DNA of 64,000 bases from Sphagnum compactum (Eukaryota). Position 1 is the first letter of the stretch, and every line of letters starts with the position of its first letter. Made by a program: the position numbers and the translations under genes. The stretch spans positions 25,596,213 to 25,660,212 of the forward strand of contig OZ234493.1 of the NCBI GenBank assembly GCA_965153455.1, in the 5' to 3' direction. The notes under the pieces are model-generated. The model worked only from the letters and a program-made list of their open reading frames with translations. It made no database searches and was not told where the DNA came from. Below are positions 32,753-46,300 of this stretch, one piece after another.

Positions 32753-35487
32753 ATGGCGGCAGCAGTGATGCCTGCAAGCACGGGGCTTAGTGGAGGCTCA
32801 TTGGAGTCTCGTGTGGCGTATTGTCAAACATACGTTTGCGGCGGCGGGAAGGCGTCGGCGGCTGCTGCAGCAGCATCCGGAAGCTTTCTGCATCATCCCT
32901 GCAACTTAGCAGCAGCGGGTGTGCAAGGATTGAGCAGCAGCAGGGGGGACTCCTCCTCCTCCTGCTGTTGGAAAGAAGGACAATCAACAACAACAATGAG
33001 TAGGTTCAACGGACGAAGACGACGTTTGCAAGTGATGCAGCAAGCTGCACCTCCTACACTCAATTCTCCTGAAAATGTAGCCATGAAAAACCTTCAAGTC
33101 GGTCCTATTCCAGGTATGTGTGTATGTGCGTTCTGTGGGCTCTCTTTTAAGGCTCTTCATCCCTGTGTGTGTTTCTTGCCTCTTTTGCTTTCTCAGGAGA
33201 TAGATCAGGGGTCCAAGCAGGCAACAGAGATGGCAGGTTTCAAAACTCTAACTTCGATTGTGTTCAACTACAATTAACACTGATTTTTTTTGCTCTGAAC
33301 AACAAATTAAATGTTGCTGGCTATGGCCAGAACCTCCTGGGTTTCCCTGATTTTTGGCCGGAGGAGATGGGTAAAGGACAATTTCTGACATACTGCAAAG
33401 AGCAGTGAGGATCTTATGAAACTGAGTCTTGGAAACTTCTTTCAATGTGTTGGCAACAATTGGGTTTCAAGTGTTGAGACATTACAAAATGGTACCAGGG
33501 TTTTGAAAATCTGGTTGACTCTTGATGCATGCTGATCCTGCTTGCTTGTGTGCAGATATGATGAGTTTGTCCACACGAACAGGCTTTGTGGGTCCACCTC
33601 CTCCATCAATTAGCAAACCAGAGCCCCCAACAAAGATATCATTGGCAGAGTTAGTTGCTCCTGTTGCAGAAGACTTGGGCATTCTAAATAATAACTTGCA
33701 CTTGGTATGTTTGCCTAGACTCTTGTCCAACTTTTTACTCCAATATTCAGTATCACAGTGAGGAAAGCGTTTCAGGATTGAGAGAAAAAGGTTCTTGGGC
33801 CAGCAGTAACTGTCTTAGAGTGCTTTGCTAAAGGAAAGACTGGTGTTTTAAGATGGCACAAATTGTGTTGGTGTAGTGTCCAACAATGAAATCCATGGTT
33901 GACGCAGGTGGTTGGATCTCAAAATCCAGTGCTCATGTCAGCAGCAAAACAAATTTTTGGAGCAGGAGGCAAGCGGATGAGGCCAGCCCTTATTTTCTTG
34001 GTGTCCAAAGCCACTGCGGAGGTTGCTGGCCTCAAGTACATACTGCTATCTCACTGCTCATCCCTTGAGCATGCAAACTCTATTCCTGTGGTGTGGATAT
34101 GTGTTGTGCCTAATTAGTGATTGTGTTTTGCTTATTTGGAAGGAAAGTCTGAACTCGGCTTCAAAACATAGTCATTCATGATAGCAGCCTCAATCCTTCA
34201 TCAACTGTATGGCACAGGATGAATTCATTTGCAATTGCACCATTTGTGGGTTTAAACTTACTGAGATCATTCCTGTGGTAAAACCAAGTTGCTAAATCGA
34301 TTTGGTAAATCTGCAGTGCTTTGCAGCCACAGCATCGACGTCTTGCAGAAATAACAGAGATGATCCATACAGCTAGCTTGATCCACGATGACGTTCTGGA
34401 TGAAAGTGATGTTCGTCGAGGTATCCTCACATACAGATTCTTCTCTAGGATCCAGATAGCAATTTTTAACTGGGTATAAAATAATCTGCAGTACTCTTGA
34501 ACCAATTGATTTAGATACTTATCTCTAGATTTGCTGGTATTAGCTCTCAAGAATGATTTACAGTTGTTATGTTGTGCTGGTAGGCAAGCAAGCTGTTCAC
34601 CGAATGCTGGGGACACGTGTTGCTGTATTAGCTGGTGACTTTATGTTTGCACAATCCTCATGGTACTTGGCGAACCTTGACAACCTTGAAGTCATAAAAC
34701 TCATCAGTCAGGTATGCACTGTCCTTAATTCTTTATCACGTTCTGGTGTTAGAAGGTTTCAAGTGACTTTATGGGCATGTCTTCTGCAGTGATGTGTACT
34801 TGTGTTGATAGCTGCAGTGCAAAATGTTCAAATTTGTTGCATCTTGATCAGATCTGAGGCAGATTTCGAATTCTACCTGACCAGTTCACCCTTTCTATTA
34901 TTGGATGCATGTTGATTTTTGTCTGTCCATGGGCACAGGTTATTAGCGACTTTGCAAGTGGAGAAATTAAGCAGGCATCAAGCTTGTTTGACTGCGATGT
35001 AACACTACAAGACTATCTAGATAAGAGCTTTTACAAGACAGCCTCATTGATAGCTGCAAGTACCCGGTCGGCAGCCATCTTTAGTGGAGTAAATGCTTGT
35101 GCTTGTGATCAAATGTTTGAGTATGGTATGAATTTAGGTCTAGCCTTCCAAATTGTGGATGACATTTTGGATTTTACTCAAACATCTGAGCAGCTGGGTA
35201 AGCCTGCTGGGAGTGATTTGTCCAAAGGCAATTTGACAGCACCTGTATTATTTGCATTGCAAAGAGAGCCAGAACTGCGAGAACTGATAGACTCTGAATT
35301 CATGGAGGAGGGTTCACTCGATGCAGCCATATCATTGGTGCATCACAGTGGTGGAATAGATAGAGCTCGAGAACTAGCAAAGCAAAAGGGAGATTTGGCA
35401 CGCCAAGCTTTGGACTGCTTGCCTCAAGGGCCTCTGAGGCAGTCACTTGACAGAATGGTGGACTACGTGTTGGAGCGTGTATATTAA
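32753..35487 (+). CDS. SPS: Solanesyl diphosphate synthase, plastidial (trans-long-chain prenyl diphosphate synthase), 6 coding exons
   Basis: Exons 32753-33113, 33556-33704, 33908-34035, 34317-34420, 34584-34711 and 34939-35487. Motifs [24 protein letters not shown] (FARM), [18 protein letters not shown] and [11 protein letters not shown] (SARM), plus an Ala/Ser-rich transit peptide. A probable 5'-UTR intron lies at 31875-32566. Confidence 0.95.
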
Positions 35488-37177
35488 ACATCAGTTGTGC
35501 TGCAGCAGGCAAAGGAGGAGGGGCTTGAGACCAAAATCGCTACTGCGAAAAGTGTATTTATTTCTGTGACAGCTTTAATTTATTGTTCCCAAAGGGCCAT
35601 TGAATAGTGCGAGAAAAAAGCAGTGGACTCTAAGGAGGGTGTGTGAAAAGGAGGGTTAGGCAAGCTGGCCACTGCTTACGTGAAGGGAATTGTGAAGTCT
35701 GCCTATCACCAAGAGTGAAGTGGCTGCCAGTTCTGACCAGAGAAAGTGCATCTCTGACATAAACTGGAGGTAAACAATCACTTTCCAACTCACATTGCAG
35801 TTGGTCGTTTAGTGATATAGCAACCTGAACAAATTTACTTAGATTTGTTTCTCCAGATTTGTTTCTCCAGCATGAAAGGACGTTAAAGTCATTAGGAACA
35901 GTGTGCAGTAGGTGGAGGCATAGTGATTGTATAGTCATGCATTTGAGCTTCACCCAGTTATAATTTAGCTGTGTGAAGCAAGGAAATTGTTTTGTTCATT
36001 GTGTTGAATGTCTTTCAGCTCTCCCCACACCCCCTCACCCCTCTTGTTTTTCCAAGGTTCTGGCAACCAAATGTCTTTTGCTCTAATAAGCCTAGTAGTC
36101 TGATTCCACTGCTTTGGTTTCCACTTCTTCACTACTGTGCTTCTGATCACATGCATTTTAATCACACGGTACAAAGCTATATTGTGTAACATGAGATTAG
36201 AGCGAAGAGAATTTTTTAAGTCTTTGGGTCATTATTAGATTTTGAAGTCTTTGGTCCCAAATTACAGAAGTGATGTTTTGGAGAGGTAATCTGCAGCAGT
36301 GCAGTGCAAGAAAGTGTCACAACGTGTAGTTTGATCCAAGGTTTTGCTAGTTCAGAATGCTAGGAGGCGGAATTGGCTTTTGCTACCAATTCAACAACAC
36401 TGCCTGAAATTCTCAGGACACTTCATGGCTCTTATAATGGTGCATTCTTGACACTTGATGTTAAGTCAGTGGCATCCTAAGTGGCACCCAATGTTAAATG
36501 GGCATAGCTTAATGTGAAGTGAATGGTAGCTTAACATCAAAATTTTCATGATAACTAGGACTAAGTCGTAGATGGCTAGCATGGTATTACGGGACTCAAG
36601 TTCAAACACCAAGTGTGCATGCACCTTCCATAATAAAGTTTTGCTGTCAAGTCATCCTCTCTTTTACCCCCTATCCCCTCTTTCAGTGGTATCCGCAAAG
36701 TAAGGAAATTTTATTAAATCTCAGTATGAAATGCTGAAACTCAGGATTTAATTCACAAGCTTTCGAGAGTAACTATAGTAGTTGTACATGTAGGAGCAGT
36801 GGAGGTGTTCAGGGAAAAGAGGATAAAACTCAGTTTACTATCAAAATTGGTGGAGAAAACTAGTTTGGGTCCCAGTTATTTCGTTTTTGTAAACTTTCAT
36901 TCCCAGGTACACATTTGATGCCCTATTATGCCGAAACTGGCTGTTCTCGCCCCCTAATTGCAGGACTTTTACAGATAACTTCAATGCCAGAAAACAGGGT
37001 TTGAATCTCTTGTACATTCATAGACCACAAGATGATGATGATGGATGGGGAGATGAGGAGATGACCGGCCCTCCGAGTCTAGAGGTACCTTAGACCTACT
37101 CTCATAAAGACTCTTGTCAGAGAGATTTCCAAGTGTAGTTGGAGGGCACCTGGCACATTAAAATCTGGCATTTAAGG

Positions 37178-37564
37178 GAACCAGCACCCACCAGCGCACC
37201 ATCCACTGGATGTCAGTTATTACTCCAGTTGTGGATGAACTCAACCGAGTTAATATTTGGTTTCATCTTGGTAACCAATTCTGTAAGAAATAGGTCTCAT
37301 AGTTAGACAGGTAGGTAGGAAAATAGACAACTTCTAGGTAACTAGATGGTTTATACATAGCTTAAGGGCTGTTTTTATTACCTACCTACTTACTAACAAC
37401 CTGCTTGTGGGTTGTTAGTAGGTAGGTAGGTAGGTAGGAAAAAAAGAGTAACTGAGTTAACCACCATGGTTAGCAAGAGAACTGGAAATCAACAGAAAAC
37501 TGTTTCTTGATCACTTACCATTCATTCATTCATCCTTCATGGTTGTGCTGGTGGGTGCTGGTTC
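37178..37564. mobile_element. MITE-like element with 18-bp perfect terminal inverted repeats
   Basis: GAACCAGCACCCACCAGC (37178-37195) and its reverse complement GCTGGTGGGTGCTGGTTC (37547-37564), with internal (AGGT)n runs. Related sequence lies at ~23030-23400. Confidence 0.75.
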
Positions 37565-37872
37565 ATTGTGGCCCTTGGTTATCACCTCACATGGGCCCCC
37601 TCTCTCCTCCCTGAAATGCCATTATCCTCAGGTGTTACCCCGTACACTAAAAGGGAGAAGTAGCTATGGCTTTACCCTTTTTTTTTTTAATCACTTGCCA
37701 ATGGAGTGAGAGACAAGCAAAGTCTCCTCTCCTTCTTTACTTTTGAAAACGCGCACCCCCCCCCCCCCCCCCACTTGTGCAAAATATCCTCTCCTCCATG
37801 TGATGTCGGTGAGTGGGTAAAAAACTTATGTACCCATAACCCTTCCAACCATGCCCCCAACATCCGTATCAA

Positions 37873-38795
37873 CAACCAAAACATGAATTTGAAAAATGGG
37901 GAATCACAAAAAAAAAGGTTTAAACTTTTCCAAAAAGTGGAAATGTTGGTTCGGATTCGCTAAAGCTTAAAAGCTTTCTTTCACCACCAAACACGTCTGA
38001 TAAAGACAAAATCTGCTTCAATAGCAACTTTTCATTACATTTGTTCCATCTAGCTCAGCTCACGGCTGTGCCACCCCCTTGATCATTAACACACCTCTCA
38101 ATGACCAAAACATGAATTTGAAGAATGGTGAATCAGAAAAAAGTGGAAACTCTTCCAAAAATTGGAAATGTTTGGTTCCAATTTACTAAGACTAAAAGCT
38201 TTCTTTCACCACTAAACACTTGATAAAGACAAAACCTGCTCTGATAGCAACTTTTCATTACATTTGTTCCATCTAGCTCAGCTTACGACCGTGTGCCACC
38301 CTATTTGGAAGCAAGCAAATGGGCACCACTTAACATGTCTAATCCACCTGCACTTTGCTCAACAGATTTGTTGTTGTCTAGTGCGTTTGTAAGGACTTTA
38401 AAAAAAAAATTCAGAATCTGACCAATTGTACTCCAAGTTGACCTCTAAAAGGTGCCAAGTGTTTAGGGATTCGAGAGTTGAGACGACCATTTTCAGTTGT
38501 GAATATTTCATTATTTCACCTTCCCAATTTCAAATCCCAAGTGGTTGAACGGGAGGCCATCATATTTGGAAGGGAGCAAATGGGCAGCACTTAAGTATTA
38601 TGTCTATACTCTAGTGCGTCGGTGAGGACTTTTAAGGAAATTTCAGAGTCTGACCAATTGTCCTCCAAGTTTACCTCTTAAAAGGTGCAAAGTGTTTAGG
38701 GACTAACGAGTTGAAACCACAATTTTGAATTTTAAATATTTCATTAATTTGACCATGCCAATTTACAATCCTACATTGTTGAATTGGAGGCATCT
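37873..38795. repeat. Two adjacent diverged tandem duplications (A-A'-B-B')
   Basis: A at ~37873-38078 matches A' at ~38103-38301 (CCAAAACATGAATTTGAA...CATTTGTTCCATCTAGCTCAGCT). B at ~38302-38560 matches B' at ~38562-38795 (TATTTGGAAG..AGCAAATGGGCA...TCTGACCAATTGT). Confidence 0.85.
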
Positions 38796-41699
38796 CTAAA
38801 ATGAAATTTTGCTAGGCAAAAAAATACTAACTTAGCCTTGTGATTGAAGGTTTCTAAGGTAATGGGTGATGAATTTTTTCATTATACTGCATTCATCCAA
38901 ACTGAACTTTTAGAGGATGAATAATATCACACAAGTGATGACAAAAGCATAAATGAAGAACTCCACAAATGGCATCTAATTCTCCTTCATTGAGTGCTTT
39001 AGTGCAACTTTTATTCTCAAATTTATGACTTCTTGGGGACGATGTTTAGGACTAAGGATCGGTAGAAATAAAATTGGGGTCTCATTGTAGGCCTTGCGAA
39101 AAATTGTTGGTAAATGTAAATGTAAATTGTTGGACTTGCAACTAGCAAAATAATAATAGTAAAAAAGGACCATGTTTTTTTGACCATGTGTTGCCAATGG
39201 CCCTACCTACCTGCCCTTATGGACGGACCTTTTTCCTCTACTAACCTCCCTCTCCTTCTTATCCCCATGTTCTCTTGCTCATTTTGAAGGGCTCTAAAAT
39301 TGCAATTAGAAGGTCAATTCCTTGACAAATTCTTCATCCAAAAAAACAAACTCCCATTTTCACAACTCCAACAATTTTCTCGTCCTTTGTCTTTCCCAAG
39401 TTCCCATTTAGACTTTTTGCTCTTTCTTCAAAACCTTGTGTCCATCTTTTTATACACACACATATATATAGTAAGTATTTTATTCACTCCATTTGACATT
39501 GGGCCAATGATTCTCTTGGTGAATTTTTTTGCACAAATGGTGGGAAGAAAGCCATATAAGTATTGCTTAAAGAAGCAATAAAGGTTGAACTCTATGGACC
39601 CATTGGCATTCACTTCATGATTGACATAGTCAAAAAGCTACCATATATAAATGGGAGAATATTTCTCACCTTTCCATCATAAACTCCATTCCATATAAAC
39701 ATTTCACTTTTGACAAATCTTTCGAGCGATATTGCAAAAAGCACAAAAAAATTGAATTTGTTAAATGCTTTCTTACAATGCATGTGGAGGTCGACGATAG
39801 TTGGTTCGTGAAACTAAGATGAGCTAATAGCTCACTATGCAAATAAAATTATTTTCTCACAAGCTTCCCAAGATCATGGATTCCTATTCAAATCTTCACG
39901 CATGTAGGTGTTTATTTTGAGGTAAGCTAAGTTCCTCAAGGATGCAAAAAACATTAATACAATGTGTGAATAAATGGTAAAAGGTGATTATGCTCTTTAT
40001 GATTCCATCAAACACATGAATCCTTGAATTGGCAATATTGATAAAAATTTATATACACCATTTCAAAAACATTTAGAAACTTATGAACATTTTGAACTAG
40101 TGAAATCCTAAAGATAATTGTGAACATTGCAAAAATGAGGTGAGTTTACAAGCTTAGATTTATCCTTGTTAGAAGATTGTCATATCAATGACCACATTAA
40201 CAAATTAATCTAGTTGAGACACTAGGTTTGTTTGTCCAAAAACTACTTCCATGAAGTATTAGTTTGAACAATATATGTTTTAAATGTGATGGACAAATAT
40301 GTGATTTTTTTTTATTCTTGTTTTCAAAGATGGAAAACTTTTAATGCTAGTTTATATAAAATTTTCTAATTATTTACATCATTGTCATATTTTTATTGTA
40401 AAATATTAATGTTTTGTAGGATTTGTTATGTGGTTGGAACCCAATTGAATGTGAACAAGATTCTAACTCTTTTGTGAATTCAAGGGGGTTTTATATTACA
40501 AATGTGTCTTTTGAAATTTCATTTTTTGTGTGTTATGAGATTTCGAAGCAATACCGGAGTGTGAGATGTGTTTGACAAAAACAAAAACTCTAGTTCAATT
40601 ATGAATTATGTGCATGTTTTCATGTGTGTGATTTTATTAATTTTAATATTTTATTACATGTTGATTTAGTAGTGCATGACATAATCTATGGAAACATGAC
40701 AATTATTATATTCCCTTCAAATAAGGTGCAAGAAATGTATTCCTATATTAAAAACTTCTTCAATTAATTTTTGTCATGAATTAATATACCCTACAATTAC
40801 AATTAGGGTACACAAGTTTAGTCTCACAAACTCTTCATGATAGCCATGACACCTATGTGTGTGTATATATATAGGTGAAATTAACATTTACAATGTTTTA
40901 TTATATATATATATAAATGATTTGGCGATATATCTCAAATAAACAACAAAACCTAACCCTAATTCATAAGCAATTTGTAAAGTTGCAAACTCTTTCCAAT
41001 TATCAAACCTTGAATAATGTGATTATATTGTAGTAGAGTGAATTTCCATCGAATCTCCCATTACATTTAGTATAACATTATTCCATGACAAACCCAAAAA
41101 AAAAATTTAAGCTTCACATCACTTCTTCACACTATTAGTGACTCCCGATCAATTGACATAAGGTCAAAATATTAATATATTTATCAAATAAATGATTTTG
41201 AAAAAATAATAATTAGTCACCAAGTAATATTCCATATCAAAGCATTAAATAAATAAATAAATAAAGAATTTTATTAGAAAATATCCTTATGAAAAATCCA
41301 AACCAAACCAAAAGAACCAAAATATTAATTTTTTTGGCTTTTAAAAATGTTTTTACTTTTCAGTATGATAAAATTCCCACATGTGAGAAAACAGGAAGTG
41401 GGTCCAATTACCTTGTGTGTGTTTGTGCAGGTTAAATGTTTTTTACACGCGGTAAATAAGTCATAATATTCCCCTAATTGTGGATAAAAAATTCCCGCAA
41501 GTACACATAATCATATCTTTATCCAGTTACAACTCATTCATCTTTTACATAAGACAAATTTCTTTTAAACAATTTTAGAATCTATGATCAGACAAAAAAG
41601 TGCTTTTTTTGGTAACCAAAAAAGCAGATCCTGAATCAGGTCCTAAATCGAGAGGACAAACTGTTTTGGACAGTACCTTGCAACCATATATGTACGCCT

Positions 41700-42850
41700 C
41701 CTCGACACCTTTTAGGCCTTAAGATCAGCAGAAAGAGTACCCTCCCGTGTGAAGAGAGTTTTTTCCCCCCGGTTTCTCCACCTTGACACCTGATAGGCCT
41801 TTGGCCTAATAGAAAGAGAAAGAAAGAAAGAAAAGTAGTCTCCTGTGTGAACAGAGTCTAATTTCCATTGTGCACCTCAACAACTGATAGGCCTATGATC
41901 AGCAGAAAACAGTAGCCTCCCATGTGAATAGAGTCTTTTTATTTCAATGTCCACCTCAACAACTGATAGGCCTATGACCAGCAGAAAGAGTAGTCCTCCT
42001 TGTGAACACAGTTCTTTTGTTGACACTTGATAGGCCTATGCCCAGCAGAAGTAGTAGTACCCAGTGTGAAACAGAGTCTCTTTTTCCCAATGCCAACCTG
42101 AGAGGCCTTCGGCCGGGAGACAGAAAGAAAGAAAGAAAGAAAGAGTAGTGTGAACAGAGTCCTTTGTCCGATTGTCCACCTTGACACTTTGATAGGTCGA
42201 TGTCTGGTAGAAATAGTAGTACCCCATGTGAACAGAGTCTCTTTTTCCGAATGCCCAATTGATAGGCCTTTGGCCAGTAGACAGAAAGAAAGAAAGAAAG
42301 AAAGAAAGAGTAGTGTGAACAGAGTCCTTTATCCGATTGTCCACCTTGACACTTGATAGGTCGATGTCCGGCAGAAATAGTAGGACCGCATGTGAACAGA
42401 GTCTCTTTTTCCTCATGCCAACCTGATAGGCCTTTGGCAAGTAGACAGAAAGAAAGAAAAGTAGTGTGAACAGGGTACCTTTTTCCCAATGCCAGACCTT
42501 TGGCCAGTAGACAGACCGAAAGAAGGAAGAAGTAGTGTGAACAGAGTCCTTTGTTCAATTGTCTAACTTGAAACTTGATAGGCCCATGTCCAGTAGTATC
42601 CCGTGTGAACACAGTGTCTTTTTCCTAATGCCAACCTGATAGGCCTTTGGCCCGTAGATAGAAAGAAAGAAAGAAAGAGTACTGACTTGATAGGCCTATG
42701 TCCAGTAGAAATGGCAGTACGCCGTGTAAACAGAGTCATTTCAGATGTCAACGTGATTGGCCTTTGGCCATTGGACAGAAAGACTGAAAGGGAGAAAGAA
42801 AGAAAGAAAGAAAGAATGAAAGAGTAGTCTCGAGTGTGAACAGAGTCTTT
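41700..42850. repeat. Complex tandem array of ~14 units (about 65-120 bp) with embedded (GAAA)n, upstream of synaptotagmin
   Basis: The anchor TGTGAACAGAGTC recurs ~14 times and TGATAGGCCT(T/A)TG recurs in nearly every unit. Two alternating unit types are present. Confidence 0.92.
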
Positions 42851-43367
42851 TCCGAGTCGTCTCCTTCCTTTCGCCAACCCCACCAGACCGTCTCGTCCGC
42901 TTGTTCCGCTGCCCGCCGACGCCTCGCGTTTCCGGGAACTGCGTTTTCCGTTTGTTTTTCGCAAACTACGGTCCACACGGAAAAAGAATGTGGAGACAAA
43001 GAGTGGGAGTCGTAGCAGGTAAAGCACTAAGCAGCAGTTTTTCTCTTGATTTTGATTGCGAATGGTTTGTGGTTGAAGAAAAGGCCTTTTTTTTTGTCTT
43101 TCGAGGATGTTAAGAAGAAACTGTCAAGGTTCTGTGACACACTAGAAGATCAAAACTGTAGCGCTTTTTTTTTTTGGGGTTGTTTCTCGTCTTCTATCCT
43201 TTCCTGGCCAAGCAGCCTCTCTTGAAATCTGACTCCTCTTCCGTTTGTCACAGTAGGAGTAATAATACCCTCACAAAGCCTTGAGGAGGAGGAGGAGGAG
43301 GAGTAGGAGGACTAGTTGTGGTCTAGCTAGCTGCCTGCAGGAGCTGCGAAGAAGGATCATTTTCATC

Positions 43368-46300
43368 ATGGGAATCGTGAGTACAATGCTGGGTGTGGTG
43401 GGATTCGGATGGGGTCTTAGCCTCGGTCTCGTGGTTGGGTACTTCGTCTTTATCTATTTCCAGCCCAATGATGTCAAGGTAATGTGCTGCTGCTGCTCTG
43501 TGTCTGTGTCTGTGTCTGTGTTTCTCTGTGTCTCCTCCTCTGCTTTGTTGGAATTCTAAGGCTTCAGCAGCTGAATGTGGTGGTGCTGGTGAGAGTTTGG
43601 AGTTTTGGATGTGTTTGATTGTTGGAGTAAAACTGGCTGGCTCACTGAATGGTGCATGCAGGATCCCGTTATCAAGCCTGTAGCAGAGTTGGATACCAAG
43701 ACGCTGCTGGAGCTGCTTCCAGAGATTCCTCTCTGGGTTAAGAATCCCGACTATGATCGAGTGAGTATTACTAGCATGAAGTTCCATGCACGCCCCTCCT
43801 CCTCCTCCTCCAACACTCCCTGCTGTTCCCGTTCCCTAATTGTTCCTGGAGCATCATATTCTTTCAGTGAGATTCTGCAGCAGTGTATCTTCCTAAGGTT
43901 ATCATCAGATCCTCCAGGAGAATGACAAAGAAAAAAGAGATCTGAGACTTGTTTCTAGTACTTGAAGCTCCTGATCAGCTGATATTTCTGGATTTGTTTT
44001 GTTGTTGCAGGTGGATTGGGTGAACAAGTTTCTGAAAGATCTATGGCCATATCTTGATAAGGTACTCTTTGTGCAGGCTTCTAGTCTTTCCACCTGTTTT
44101 TCTCTGAGACAAGATCTTGGTGCTTGTTGTGCTTGTTGCCTTGGATTTGCTTCCTGATCAATCGAGAAACTGACATAATAACAGGTTTTATCTTTTGCAA
44201 AGAATCATATTCACTGTGGAGAAATGATCATCTGATGATCCTGCAGCAGCAATCAGATATTTATATTGAATGTGAAACACAGCTGAGCATTCTGATCTGC
44301 TGGTTGGTGGGTCCATCCACTGTCATTATATGTTTCAGGCCATCTGCAAGATCATTTCAGACACTGCGCAACCATATATTAACGATTATGGACCCAAGTT
44401 CAAATTGGATTCTGTTGAATTTGAGTCACTCACACTTGGAACTCTTCCTCCAACTTTTGTTGGTAAGAGAAGTGTTCAGTTTTTTCGTCACACAGGGTGC
44501 TTGCAGTCTTGTACTTTTTGTTTTAGTGTGGTGCTGACAGGATGCACACTGTTTTCTGAGATGAGGTGAGAGACTTCCAACTTCCTGAGAGATTCTTTCT
44601 TTCTTCCTTTCTTTCTTTTTGATGGTCATGGGATTTTGGGAAATACCTGCAGGTATGAAAGTTTACGAAACAAATGAGAACGAAATGATTCTGGAGCCAT
44701 CCTTGAAGTTTGCAGGCAACCCCAACATCATCGTTGCTGTCAAGGCATTTGGTGTAAAAGCAACTGTCCAGGTGACCTGTACAAAACACACAACACAAAT
44801 CTTTAATAATGGCTTCCCAAAATCTTTTCAGTCTTATTGAATGATCGACTGACAACCTTGGTTTGTGAATCTCTTCTTCTTTTACTATCTTTTCTTGTTA
44901 CAACAGTTCTAGCTCTGACATTTGATTTCCTTGAGATCCAATCTAAGCACCCCATGTACCTTGATCACTGACCGTTGGTGTCAGTGTGTGTTTTGTCTGG
45001 AGCTCTGACTCCTTGTTTCTGTTGAACCTTTTGCTCCACTTTTGTTACAGTTGGTGGATGTGCAAGTATTTGCGACAGCGCGTGTTATGCTTAAACCGTT
45101 GGTTCCAGTTTTCCCATGCTTTTCCAAAATTGTTGTCTCTTTGATGCAGAAGGTACGAACATATGAGACATGCTTCTGCTGTCTTAAGCAGCTTTAAATT
45201 GTATGTGGGTGCAGCAGCAGAAAGTAGTACAGCTACAAATTTCTTTGAAGATTGAGAAGATTTTTGAGCAGCTTTGGTTTTGTGGGGTTTTTTCTACGTT
45301 CGTAACTTCTCATGTGGCAGTGTTTTTTAGTGCAAAAATGTAAAGTTGCACTTGGTGATGTTGGTGTGACAGCCATATGTGGACTTTGGACTCAAGGTAT
45401 TGGGTGGGGATTTGATGGCAATTCCAGGAGTATATGGATTTGTTCAGGTTGAAAATTTCTCTCTCTCTCTCTCTCCCCCCCCCCCCCCCCCCCCTCCTTG
45501 GTCTTTTAGGGTTAAATAGTGACATGAATATTGTTTGTACCTGGTTCAAATTTCAGGAGGTTTTCTAGTGTAGATGGTCGGGATCAAATGAGCTTGTTTC
45601 AGATACTTGGAGTTTGGTGGAAGGATGGGTGTCGTGGGGAAAAAAAAGGAAAAATGGGGAGTGTTTTGAAAAACAAAATGCCTGGCAAACAGCGGAGGAA
45701 AAAAATACTCTGGGTAATGTGCCCTCCGATTGCACTAAAAGGATGAGAACAAGTATTTATGTACTAGAGAATGTTGCTTTGGACTATAGAGTGTTTTACA
45801 GTCATGTTTGCAATTGGACTCTGATTTGTTTGTTATTGTGTGATGGTTGGTAAAAATGGACTAACAGGACATCATCAAAGACCAAGTTTCTCAATTGTAT
45901 TTATGGCCAAAAACTCTTGAAATCCCAGTGATTGATGATCCTAGGTGAGTCAATGAATTGCTGAGTTTTGGGAAGTGAGACCTGACTTCCGCCTAGAGCT
46001 CTCTGCTTCATTTTCTTTTGCAACTATTGCATGTGATGCATTTTAGATGCTATGATATGGTAGTATGGCACTCGTGTTCAAACCAGTGTTGTTCAGTTCT
46101 TGGTTTTTTGGTTTTTCTGTTTTTTTGGTTTTGATAGAACCTCTGGTGCAGATCCTAGACCAGTTCTTCAAATTGGCCCAGTCCCGTGAACCGGCCAACA
46201 CTGGTTTAAACCTATCTTCTGGGATTCTTGGGTTGGTACAGTTTTCAAGAGGTGTGATGAGTGGGAATTTTAGTTTGTCCCAGATTTCTTGATGCATTTT

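Noticed and set aside
35630..35953. 107-aa minus-strand ORF downstream of SPS
   Set aside because: No recognisable motif or exon structure. It is more likely SPS 3' UTR or flanking sequence.
41700..42850. CRISPR-like array or hammerhead-ribozyme satellite (CTGA(T/G)AGGCC-TT(T/C)-GGCC resembles CUGAUGA-stem II, and GTC is conserved)
   Set aside because: The inter-anchor sequences are homologous to each other rather than unique spacers, there are no cas genes and the context is eukaryotic. The hammerhead core lacks a complete CUGANGA and the GAAA after stem II, and stems I/III cannot be formed by eye. An Infernal search would settle it.
41956..43027. Long minus-strand ORFs (218, 134 and 154 aa)
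   Set aside because: These are translations of the tandem array, with repetitive SFFL tracts and no recognisable domain.
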